DNA from: Eledone cirrhosa
Taxonomy: Eukaryota
NCBI GenBank assembly: GCA_964016885.1
Contig: OZ024743.1
Coordinates: forward strand, 262,570,001 to 262,634,000
Length of the DNA stretch: 64,000 nt
Reading direction: 5' to 3'
Below are positions 1 through 11,380 of the stretch, in pieces (within the stretch, counting starts at the first letter, position 1; every line of letters starts with the position of its first letter). The notes beneath the pieces are model-generated. The model saw only the letters and a program-made list of their open reading frames with translations. It was not told the DNA's origin and did not search any database. Position numbers and translations under genes: made by a program.

Positions 1-43
1 GCACTACTGGTAACATGTAACCAAGTACAACCTGTACATGGTT

Positions 44-260
44 GGGTTGTCAGCAACTAAACTGGCAACCCCACCAAGCTTGCTTGGTGAGGAGAGTGAT
101 TTTGGACACCCTGCAGGATGAAAAACAAAACTCGTCAAAGGGCGGAGAAACTCAGGAGAGTCAATGGCCTTCCAATAAAGTTTTTTTTTTGGTGAAGAGA
201 GAAAACTCCTTGCCTTCATTAAGACATCTGTGTAGGAGAAGGTCACTCTGATATGAACCC
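44..260 (+). other. Run of adjacent hairpins, probably the decayed 5' UTR of a non-LTR retrotransposon
   Basis: Stems GGGTTGTCAG/CTGGCAACCC (44-71), CACCAAGC/GCTTGGTG (72-89) and ACTC-AGGA-GAGT (150-161). TAGGAGAAGGTCACTCTGA follows and resembles, from recall, RTE 5' UTR sequence. Confidence 0.35.
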
Positions 261-528
261 TGCAACTTTGTTTGCATCCAATGATGTAGACCAGTTCTAC
301 TTTTTGGGTAAATGCATTCGATGTTCAGAGAGTGGGATTAGTCCTATGCAAAAGCCTTTCCTCACTTAAAAAAAGCTTCAAGCGCAGGCATCACTTGATA
401 TGTGACATTTTTGCGATGCATTTACTCGCTGGCCATAGATTAGAAGCCACGTTCATGATGCTCATTCTTAAGTATCAAGTGATGGCATTATTCTAAATCG
501 AGTTGCAGCCATCATATATATATATATT

Positions 529-570
<42 letters not shown>

Positions 571-573
<3 letters not shown>

Positions 574-908
574 TCATCATCATCATCACCATCACCGTTT
601 TATGTCCATTCTTCCACTCTAGCATGGGTTAGATGGGTTGTCCTGTTGTAGACAGTGTCTGGTCGGCTGACCTTGTCTTGCTCATATGGGAACTGATTCT
701 GGCATGATTTCTACAGCTGGATGCCTTCCTAACACCAACCTCATTTACAGTGAGTGCTGGGTGCCTTTTTTCCATGGCGCCTCCACGACCACTTTGCAGT
801 GGGGAGTGGGCATATTGTCTATATGCTTCAGTTTTGGTTTGTAACCGTGGGGAGTTGAATCTTCTGTATTACCACATGACACCAGAGGTCACGGTCGTGT
901 GTCATCGC

Positions 909-911
<3 letters not shown>
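571..911 (-). mobile_element. 5'-truncated RTE LINE 3' end (second subfamily), flanked by (TA)n on both sides
   Basis: The minus strand encodes AMTHDRDLWCHVVIQK, homologous to TMSLDRDLWRYSVIEK of the intact ORF. It is followed by the GGAAGG-CATCC UTR motif and a (TGA)n tail. (TA)n lies at 514-570 and 912-940. Confidence 0.85.
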
Positions 912-948
<37 letters not shown>

Positions 949-1559
949 ATGTTATGTATAATTGTGTATAATTGTATAATTGTATGTATGCAAACACACA
1001 CACACCCACATTATATTTATATATATATATATATATGGAATATTAGTATATATTGTTTGCTTAAGCAGTGTATAGTGCACAAAGAGCTATTAATTTCTCT
1101 GAAGAATGGAAAAATCATATCTATATTACCCAAAGGATCAGTAGACTGAACCCTGGTTGAATGTAATCTTGTGGAATGGATGGATGAAACCAACTAAATC
1201 GATTCCAGTGCTATACTGGTGTATTATTTTATCAATTATTGTCATCATCCTCATCATTGTCATCATCACCATCTTACGTCCATTTTCCATGCTGGCGTGT
1301 ATTGGATCAGTTGCCACTGTCAAAGACAAGTCATGGTTGGATAATCATTCCGTATTTTAGCATGGTTTTTACAGTTGGATGCTCTTCTTAATGCCAACAA
1401 CTTTATTGCTGAATAAACATTGAATCTCAACAATATGTTCCACATGACCAAAGAAATCTAAGGATAAATTCTCATTTCTCATTGCCAGCACTGCATAGAG
1501 TTTTTCCTCAGAGATGTAGCAAAATCATTAATAGAAAAGGATGTCATACTGGATATTCT

Positions 1560-1730
1560 TTTTCTTCTTCTTTGCCCATTTATTCCTGAGAGGGTTGTGA
1601 GGGCAAAGTCCTCAAACACTCCTTCCAGAAGGTCCTGTCAGAAGCAATCATCTCTAACTGAGCTGGCTGGATCCCCAAGCATGACCAGCCAAGCTCATGG
1701 ATGTTATCCAACCAAGGTTTACTCCTGGAT
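1560..1730 (-). mobile_element. Expander/Rex3-like RTE 3' fragment with (GAA)n tail
   Basis: Translates WLDNIHELGWSCLGIQPAQLEMIASDRTFWKECLRTLPSQP*. Homologous copies at 38790, 41155, 62090 and 63070. Confidence 0.7.
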
Positions 1731-1857
1731 CTCATACAAACAAATTGAGCTAAGCAGACATCAATGCGAGTATATAGTGTTACTGTAAACATATACACAC
1801 AGTTGAGGTTGTGACTCCAGCTTGGCTAGATATTGTTATGGCAAAAAGAAACTAAAG

Positions 1858-1860
<3 letters not shown>

Positions 1861-1925
<65 letters not shown>
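1861..1925. repeat. (CA)n microsatellite
   Basis: Perfect CA run. Confidence 0.98.
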
Positions 1926-1928
<3 letters not shown>

Positions 1929-2607
1929 TTACAAAGGAATTTATACATTGTTGTTCAACCAGCTAGAAATAGCAGCCGAATCTCTTTCAATTCACAATCG
2001 TGCCGTTTTATTTGATAATGTTGTAGATATTATATACTATATATGAGAAACAGATGTGATGGCGATGGTAGGGTTGTTTTTAACCATATAGGTCTGCTTG
2101 ATCTAAAGGAGGGCTCCCATGGCAAAATAAAAACAATACCAACAACAACACAGCACACATAGATATATGTTTGTTTTAGTAACTATAGCCAAAGTCATGT
2201 TGGAACACTGCCATATGTAAATGGTTGACTCACTGGTGGCAAAGAAAAGGGTATTATTGGAGGCTGTTGAGAAAGTGACTTACTACATCTAGCTCAAAAG
2301 AGATGAATGGTGTGCTTGAGACATTAACTTTTTGGCACTGTGGGCAACTGAATGCGCTGATAGAGTGATCTCCCTTTAATACATGATGCAGTATTGAGGG
2401 AAGCATTTCATAAAAACATTCAGCCTCCAGAAGGTTAAGGTGGACGGAGACAAGGCCTATGAGAGGGGCGTCCAGCTGGTACTTTGTTTTGGGCCCCAAG
2501 AACTACGAAGGCCCCACAACAACCATGTAACATCTATTTTCAGAAAAATCTTTGCCCGCTTCGGGCCTCAAAGGGGTCTTATACCATCTTTCAAAATTTC
2601 TCTTGGA

Positions 2608-3252
2608 GGATATTACCCTCTTTCACCCGTAACTTTTATTTTCATTTTACATAATTGCAACCACACAGCCTCCATTTTATTCATATATTTTTCCTTCCGC
2701 TGTGACCCGTCTTTTCTCTCCCCTTGTTGCTATCATCTCTCCCCTCTTCTCTCCCCTTCTCCCTCTTACTTTCGCTCACCCCCTCTGCTAGCCTGCCACT
2801 ATAACTATCTCTTTCTCGCTTCCTATTGCTTTCACTCACTCCCTCTCACTTTCACTCACTCCCTCTCCGCTCGCTCACTTCCTCCCTCGTCCGCCACTGT
2901 AAGCAGTCTCTTTTCTCGCTCACACTGCTACAGTGAAGACGTGTCTACTCTCTCGTCAAACTTGCCATAACTTATGTTCGAAAAGAGTTGTTGACTTAGT
3001 ATTTTTCCTCTCTTTACGTTGCTTCACTTTTCGTATGTTTCGTTTTTCTCTCAGTCTCTCCCCCCCCCCCTTCATTTTCATCCCAATAACTTATTTTAGT
3101 TATTGCTTGCCCTAGGCTGAGGTATATTGTCTCTAACGCGAAGAAATACCTATGATTCCTAGTAGGCAACTGACGATGGATATTACCCTTTTTCGCCCGT
3201 AACTTTTATTTTCATTTTATTTAATTGCAACCACACAGCCCGCCATTTTATA
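2608..3252 (+). mobile_element. Element bounded by ~75-bp direct repeats (Penelope pseudo-LTR-like remnant)
   Basis: GGATATTACCCT...GTAACTTTTATTTTCATTTTA...TGCAACCACACAGCC at 2608 and 3178 (period 570). A degenerate hammerhead-like CTGACGA...GTAAC lies at 3170-3203. Confidence 0.45.
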
Positions 3253-3290
3253 TATATATATATATGATGGAGTCTCCATATTACATACAC

Positions 3291-3327
<37 letters not shown>

Positions 3328-4156
3328 GGAGACTCCATCATGGAGACATCTCACTTGAAGTCACAACATCAGGCTCATCAAACTTCATGCTGTTCTGACA
3401 TGTTGAGGAGAACAGAGTCCCCAAATCAGACTCACCAAAGATTGTGCTGTTGTGCAGGAGTTTCATTGTCTACATTGGTCGGTGACTTTGAGTAGCTCTG
3501 GTACTGTGATTGAAAAGGCGGAAGCATGTACAGAGTTACTTCCCTGTCCGATAAGTCAGTGACCTCTTGCATTTGGAGGCAAAGTACAGCAGCACTCTCA
3601 GCACAGATCTGTGTTTACCAAACACATGTGTGTATGAATCATGACTTGAGGAGTACACAGTTATTGGTAAGGCAGCAAGCAGTGAGTAAACTGGCAAAGA
3701 AAAGCAGATGAATGTGAACAAGATTGGTTAGAAACTAAGAGAGAGTAACTTAAGAGTAACTGATATCACACCAACACATATGGATGTCATCATAACTTTT
3801 AAGTCTTACTGAAACGGTGGTTAAACTAATGGATGAGGGTGGTGGTGTGTGGAGTGGTATTGGGACTGTGTGGGGCTGCTTCTGGTGGTGGTGATGGCGG
3901 TGGCAGTTGCGTAGTTGTTGATTGTGGTTGTGATGGTGGTGGTGGTGTGTAGAGTGGTAAGATGGCGGTGTGGGGGTGGCTTCTGGTGGTGGTGATGATG
4001 GCAGTTGCATTGTTGTTGTAGTTGTTGTGGTGGTGATGACTGCACCAGCAGTGGTATATGGAAGTGGTAGATGGGTTGGGTGGAAAGAGAGTGGGAGGTT
4101 TGATATTAGCTAGCATCATTAACCAACCTTAAAATATGAAAATTTTCAAGAATATA

Positions 4157-4189
<33 letters not shown>

Positions 4190-5274
4190 GTCGATATATA
4201 GCATCACTACAGCTTGTGCATATAGTCATATAAATGCGTATATTTACCACATGCACATTCATACACTACCACACCATAAACATCACACACATAACATATA
4301 CTTGTACAAAAATACTATATATATATATATATAAATATAGCAGTTCTGTTTACATGCCAACACAAGAGCAAGAATGAGGGGTTCATTCTACTGACATGGC
4401 TTAAAAGAGGCTTGTTTGCATAACTGCAAACGAATTGAATATTATTATTAATATTCGAAAAAAAAACTCAGATTACATTTATTATATATATCTTGCAAGC
4501 AGGGAAGAGCGGACGTAAAATGATGATGATGATGATATATAAATATATATAATAAATGTAAATATATATATATATAATAAATGTAAAGAGAGAGAGAGAG
4601 AGAAATATATATTTGCATAAACATTTCAATATATGAAGATACATATATGTGCTTATAGTGCTGGTGCCACAACAAAAAACACCTAGTCTATCCTGTAATG
4701 TTGGTAGTGCTGGTGTCATGATAAAATGCTCCCAGTATATGCTGTAAAGTGGTTAGCATTATGAAGGGCATTCAGCCATAGAAACCAAGCTCAAAAAAAG
4801 GTACTAGCAAAGTGTAGTCTCCTGAACATTCTGGCCTCACTATGTAAGAGCCTATTTAACCCATGCAAGAATAGAAATAGACGTTAAACAGCAATAATAA
4901 TATATATATGTATATATACCTAACTAGCTGCAGTGACATTACTTAGTCTAAAGACAAAAGGATTCTGATGATTAAATATTAAGTATTTTTTGTTTTATTT
5001 AATTGCTTGCAATTCATTCTGTATATGAATAGAAAGAAAATTTGATAAATTTATAGGTTTTCACCTGTCTTGTGTTTAATGGGAAATTTTTTTTGTGTTT
5101 TCAGAACTCTTGGAAATTATTTGTTTTTTTAGTAATCCATATCTCAAGACAAATGTCCAAAGGTGGGTGGAATGGCTAAAAAAAAACTTTAAAAAATTTC
5201 AAGTGAGCCCCATTCTGATACTGATATAATTAAGAATAAAAGTCATGGCGGACATAAAAAATACTGAAAATACT

Positions 5275-6040
5275 TTATGCAGTAGTAGGGCCATCCTCAA
5301 TTTCCATCTCAGAATCTAATTCTTCATGGATGCTAATGTGTTGCTGACAATCTGAGAGAGGTTGATATAAATTGGATGCCTCAATAAAAAAAATGGTGCG
5401 GAAGATTTTTGTCATTTTCATTTGAATAAATAAATATCTTGCCATGTACTGATATAGATATTTTGACCAAATACAAGGTCTTTACATCCACTCTTTTAAA
5501 TCTCTCGAAAAACTTTCAATAATTTATGCGTATATTTTTATTTTAGTCTGCAAACTTTCAGAATGGTTAATAGTAAATTGTTTAAAACCTAAATGGCTGA
5601 GATTTTTGTAGGCAGCCCAAGAATCGCTATAAATAATTGAGCCAGGTTTAATATATTTTTGAATGAGAGGAACCAGTGTGACTTTGTCATGCTTATTACC
5701 ATTTAATGTCATAACAAAATGTTTACTAAATTACAACCAAATTTGGGTCAAAACCCAACCATTTTCATGATACTATTAATGTTTCATCAATCTCCACCTC
5801 TAAAACTTCTCCATCAGTTGGTTCCTGTTTTGAAAATCATGGGTTTGTTACTTCATAACAAAATTACTGCCACTCTACTTACTGATGACTTAGGAGAAAT
5901 TTCCAGGCATTTCATCACAGTTCTATGGTTCCATAAATGGCATACATAATGGTTGACAAAAAGAATGCTTTTCTAAGGACGAATATGTATGTTGTCTATG
6001 AAGGAACCTTTAAAATCAGTTACAAAGAGTTACTATACGG
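5275..6040 (-). pseudogene. Decayed Merlin (IS1595/ISXO2-like) DDE transposase
   Basis: Motifs in the expected order on the minus strand: VEIDET (~5797-5780), LVPLIQKYIKPGSIIYSDSWAAYKNL...INHS (ORF 5524-5712), IESF.RDLK (~5520). Stops and frameshifts are present. Confidence 0.85.
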
Positions 6041-6648
6041 CTTTTCTTTCTTCTTTTTTTTTCATTTCAGAGACACTGTAACTTCATTATAACAGGTTTT
6101 CTTCATTCTTCCTCTTCTGCAGCTCCCCCCACCACATACACACTTTAGAATAGCTGGTTCTTCTTCACTTCTTTATCACCATTCATGTATATCATATCTA
6201 TATCAGCTCAATCTTCTCTCTTGCACATTAATTTTTCTTATGCGCAGTTTTTCCTTGAACATATCCGTGCTTCTCTATCAGTGCAATCTTCTATCTTGCA
6301 CACTAATTTGCCTTCTGCACAGTTTTTCCTTCAACACATGTGAGCTTCAGCATTCATATTTAATATTATTTTTTGTTAAAAAATAAAAAAAAGAGCAAGA
6401 CTTTTTCAGTAAACATGTCATGCCACTTGCTGCTGCCATACACCCAACATTTCAGCCTCTACCACCGCTTTACAAAAGTTATTCCACAATGTCTTCTTCC
6501 ACTCCTTTCTGTAAGGTCTTCTGGTTCTTTCATAAGGTCTTCTTCTGTGGAGCCTCCTGCGATGAAAGAGGTTGAAAACATCCCATAACATCTAACAAAT
6601 GCAAGTATTCTGCTAGTTGTCACAAAATCAGTTACAATTATGCAATTA

Positions 6649-6692
<44 letters not shown>

Positions 6693-7364
6693 TTCTGGGT
6701 TAGACAAGGGCTCCACAAGCTACAGTGAAAACATCCTGTTTAGGAGAGCAGTAACTCTAAATAAAAACTGATAAGAAAGATAGGACACTTGAGTCCTAAC
6801 TGACATCCGTTCTAGTGTTGGTGGCACAATAAAATATAGATAGTCAATGCAGTAAAGTCGTTGGTGATAGGAAGGGTATCCATAAAGAAAAAACAAAACA
6901 AAATAAAAACATGTAAAAGTATGAAAAGCACAGCTTATTCTATCATACATATCAAATAAATTATTTTCAAACAATAAAACTTCAAATGGCACACTTGATA
7001 TTGCTTTGCCACTCATTTTATATTTATCTTTCAGACATGACTCAACTACTCTTGTTGGTTTCATTGAACTCAAAGGTATCTCATTTCTATTTAATGAATC
7101 TGTTAAAAATTCCTTGCTTCTAAGATAATCTTTTCTTTTTATTAATAAATTTCACAATATCAGGTGTGGGGTTTATAAAATCTGCAGCAACTTTACTCAA
7201 AATTTGTATCATGTAACTGGAAAATGTTGATTATTTTTGGATTATTTTTGAAAAGGCTACATGGAACCCTTTAATTCTTTTATTAACATATTTCGAATGA
7301 AAAGTATTGACTATGATTTTCAAAAAGCAAACTTCTTAACTACAAAACCATGTCTGTATATGTA

Positions 7365-7586
7365 CAAGGGTCAACTGAAAAGTTCATAGGCTGACCATGA
7401 GATTCTCATGGAATGACCAAATGAGGTTTATTTTTCAACATAATCCCTTCATATCAATAACTGCATAGTCCCTGGATAGAAACAATGCAGTTATTCATAA
7501 GAAAAATTGAAATTAATGCAGGAAAGATTTCACAGCTCTAATATCACTCCTTCATAATCAGCCTATGAACCTTTCAGTCATCCTCA
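7365..7586. mobile_element. Mariner-type MITE
   Basis: Inverted termini CAAGGGTCAACTGAAAAGTTCATAGGCTGA / TCAGCCTATGAACCTTTCAGTCATCCTCA, with TA on both flanks. Confidence 0.75.
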
Positions 7587-8018
7587 TACATAGATATGGC
7601 AAAATGGTTAAGATATTCACTTCACAATTATAAGGTGCCTGGTTATTTCAGCACCTTAGCCTTGCCATCATCCGTGGCAATGCTGTGAGCATGTTGGCTT
7701 GCCTCAAAGTGTTTAGTTGACCCCTTTTATGTGATGTGCAGACGATTGTCATAATTGGTGGTGAATTGCATCCCCTTTTTTTCTTCTTTTTTGATTTGTT
7801 TATCTCTCTTTTATGCATTATATTATTATATTTTTGTTATATATATGAAAAAAAAAGATTATAATAAAGCTAACTTGAACATTCATTATATTAATTATGA
7901 GGTTCTGGGTTCAATCCATCTGTGTGGCCTCTTGGGCAAGTGTCTTTTCCCATAGCTTTGTATTGACCCAATCCTTGTGAGTGAATTTTGCTAACCCTTT
8001 GCTGTCATGTTCTTCTAA

Positions 8019-8330
8019 GGGGTGGTGTGGAACCCTTTAGGAAGACTGATTTAAATGAAGTTGATTTTTATGAGGTTTGCAGGTAATATAGTTCACCAAA
8101 TGTAAATAAATTGTAAACTGAGCTGAAAATGTAATATTATATATATATAGCTACCCAGCTGTAAACACATATGTAAGTGTACGTGTGTGTTTAAATATGT
8201 GTATGTATACAATAATATATTTTCAGCATATTTTACAATCTATTTATATTTACTTAAGTATATTACCTGCAAACCTCGTAAAAATCAACTTGATTTAAAT
8301 CAGTGATCCCAAAGGGACACATACCACATC
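8019..8330. mobile_element. Foldback MITE with ~100-bp imperfect inverted arms
   Basis: CTGATTTAAATGAAGTTGATTTTTATGAGGTTTGCAGGTAATATA is mirrored by TATATTACCTGCAAACCTCGTAAAAATCAACTTGATTTAAATCAG. Confidence 0.75.
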
Positions 8331-8734
8331 TACAGTAGTGGTAAAAGCCATGAAGTGGGAGGTGAGGAAAATTATATTATGGGGTGAAGTGTGTGGGTAC
8401 TGTTAAAGAGGCTCTGAAAGTTTGCTCATGATGTTATAAAATTATTGCTCATGATGTTATAAAATTATTGTTGCAGCTTCTAACCTTATTATATCTGGTC
8501 TCTTCTTATTCTCATTGCTGAGGATCAGAAACCATGGACAATAGCACCAAGGCTCATCTGTATGATGGTTTATGTCCATGATTCTCATTGGGCAAAAAAG
8601 TGTATACTTTTGTTAAAAGTTAGTAGCCTCCTTTTATTACAAATGTAATCAGGTGTAAACTTATGCACTTGAATAGTGATGGCGGCATTATTATAGACTC
8701 AGATATAGGTAGTGGGTTAGTGTTGGAAATATAC

Positions 8735-9190
8735 TTAGAATTCTGAGTTCTAATCCTGCCAAGGTCAATTTTACCTTTTATTCTTCCTGGGTCAATGAAA
8801 TAAAGTACCAGTCATTTACTAGGGTTGATGTAATTGACTTTTTCACTTTTCCACAAATTTCTTGTTTTGTGCCTAAATTATAAACCAATATAGAGTCATT
8901 AGAGTGTCTAACATATGCTTAGCAGTATTTGTTCCAACTCCTTACATCCTTCCAGGGTTGATAAAATAAAGTACCAGTCAAGTACTGGGGTTGATGCAAT
9001 TGACTTTTGCCCCTCTCCACAAATTGTTGATTTTATGCCGATCTTTGTTCTGAGTCCGACCAAGGTTACCTTTACCTTTCATCCTTATGGGGTCGATAAA
9101 AGAAAGTACCAGTAACACACTAGGGTCGATTTAATCGACTTCCCCTCCCCCAAAATTGTTGGCCTTATACCTAAATTAGAAATCATTACT
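8735..9190 (+). mobile_element. Three head-to-tail partial copies of the abundant tRNA-type SINE (family S1, Meta/MESC-like centre)
   Basis: Repeated CTGAGTTC...CCTTTCATCCTT..GGGTCGATAAAATAAAGTACCAGT motif. Confidence 0.8.
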
Positions 9191-9371
9191 ATAAACTGAC
9201 ATATTTGGAGTAATGTCCTATTCATGGATTTTGTAATCACAACATTTCCACCATTCTATACCCCAGCTTTCTCCATGTACCTGTTGTATTCAATAATGTT
9301 TTTAGAATTTTGAACTGAACATTATGGGATCAGATTGTTGTTATTCCATTGTCTATGTTCTGGTTATCTTT

Positions 9372-10288
9372 CATCATCATTATCATCATCATTATCATCA
9401 TCATCATTATCATCATCATCATTATCATCATCATCATTATCACCATCATCATAATCATCATCATTATCATCATCATCATTATCATCATCATCATCATTAT
9501 CATCATCATCATCATCATCATCATTTTTACGTCCACTTTTCCACTTGCATGGTTGGACGGGTCCGTCTTAGCATGGCATCTCCCCACTTGTCGTGTTCCT
9601 TTGTCATCTCTTCTGCCAGTCTTAGCAATTTGAGTTCTGCTCTTACAACCTCTGCCCAGGACTTTCTTGGTCTACCTCTACTGTGGTTTCCTTCCACTGG
9701 GATTTCCTGGCATTTCTTCACCCATCGATCATTGTCCATATGCATCACATGTCCATACCAACACAGTTTTCTCTCATGCACACGACCTTGGATTCCTCTT
9801 AAATCCAGCTTCTCCCTTACCTCGACCAAGCTCTGCCTTTTTCTCATGTTTATGTTACATATCCAATCAAGCATGGCTACTTCATTTCTCTCCAGTCTAT
9901 GCATGTCCTTTGCAGTTACAGACCATGTTTCACTAACATGCAGCATTGCACTTCGCACACATACATCATACAGCCTTCCTTTTGCACATAGGGAGAAACC
10001 TTTTGTTGTCACCTTGATAGCAGAAGCTATCAACCACGTCTATGTATCCTTCCTGTGATGGGAAAAAGTTTATATCATTGGTACTCTTCCTTTCAATTAC
10101 TCCTGTGCATCTTCTACATGCAAAATTCTCCCTTCCTGTTAGTTTATTTCTTATACCACTACATCTTTTGTGTACCCAAGATTTACATTGTGTACTTGTA
10201 TGGAGTTTATGCATACTCCTTTTCTAATTATTGAGCATGGCCACTTCCCAGAAGAAATCTGGGTCCTATCTTCTTTCCTACTCACTTG

Positions 10289-10291
<3 letters not shown>
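9372..10291 (-). mobile_element. 5'-truncated RTE LINE, divergent short-UTR subfamily, with an expanded (ATG/ATA)n tail
   Basis: ORFs 9527-10033 and 9966-10214 match the RT C-terminus and the zinc finger (WVHKRCSG...FACRRC). The 5' break abuts (TA)n at 10292-10347. Confidence 0.9.
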
Positions 10292-10351
<60 letters not shown>

Positions 10352-10668
10352 TTACATAATTATTGGAAATCTCAAAATGCGGATGAAACCATGGTAGAGG
10401 TATTTAAATGTATTCTATTTTCTCCTAGTTTATTTTACACCTAATTCTGTTTAATTGACTGTATCTGGGCGATTACGCTGTCGAAATATTCGATAAATAT
10501 TCCGTTGTGGCCGATGCGGAGCGCTATTTTCGGTTATTTGTTGGAGATTTCTTCATAGAAGCCTCATTCTTATAGCCTGGTCTATTCGATTTTTTTATAT
10601 AGTTAATTATGCTAATTGGGAGAGGAAATGGTATATATTTTATCTTGTGATTCTAGAAACATGTTTTA

Positions 10669-10701
<33 letters not shown>

Positions 10702-10851
10702 CATCTTTTAATGTCTGCTTTCCATGGTAGCAAGGGTTGGAGGGGTCTTCACTGACTAAGTCAATACTGAAGCAGGGTTACTGACACCCCACACATGTCA
10801 GGGGTCAACATCTTGCTTATCAACACTAGACAAGTTGTCATGTCGTTGATA

Positions 10852-10856
<5 letters not shown>

Positions 10857-10931
<75 letters not shown>
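10857..10931. repeat. (TA)n microsatellite
   Basis: Perfect TA run. Confidence 0.98.
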
Positions 10932-10934
<3 letters not shown>

Positions 10935-11077
10935 ATTAGAATACTGGAGCATGTTTGAGTCAAACACCCTCTTCGTATTATAGAAATGACAGTAAAAGGT
11001 ATAGCTCAATGCAGTTAAACAGAGCCGAAAAATTAAGAGAGTAAAACAAAGAATCCTTTAATACATCAAAAGTTTTT

Positions 11078-11122
11078 ATTAGCCGACAATGTTTCGTCCT
11101 ATTAAGGACTCATCAGGGCAAT
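11078..11122 (-). ncRNA. Minimal type I hammerhead ribozyme motif with intact core
   Basis: The minus strand reads ATTGCC CTGATGA GTCCT-TAAT-AGGAC GAAA CATTG TC GGCTAAT: CUGAUGA and GAAA boxes, 5-bp helix II, short helix III, GUC cleavage triplet, helix I GCC/GGC. Confidence 0.85.
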
Positions 11123-11189
11123 CAAAACAACAAGAGGTAATTTCGGCAGATACAAGCCAGTAACTGGCTTATATATATATATATATATA

Positions 11190-11335
11190 CGATATTAACA
11201 AATGGAAACTATATTTATAAAACCATATTTATTTCATTATACATATTTCAAGGACACCAAGTTAAATTATGGTGTGCTTTCATCAGACAAAATATAATAT
11301 AGATCAGTTTTATAAATAAATATTGACATACCATT
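11190..11335 (-). mobile_element. Dispersed ~140-bp repeat with a hammerhead-like core (second copy 22269-22398)
   Basis: GATATTAA.AAATGGAAACTATAT.TATAAAACCATATTTAT is shared by both copies. The minus strand carries CTGATGA-hairpin-GAAA. Confidence 0.65.
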
Positions 11336-11380
11336 AAATAATGCAACCATTACTGTTGGAAGCTCCCAGATAGGATATAT

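Noticed and set aside
3350-3745. Very old RTE RT fragment (IGKAAS-like remnant); similar case at 54300-54690
   Set aside because: Too degenerate to support boundaries or family by eye.
6415-6591. Possible terminal exon on the minus strand after TTGTTAG
   Set aside because: Two frames are open but neither resembles a known protein, and no partner exon could be linked.
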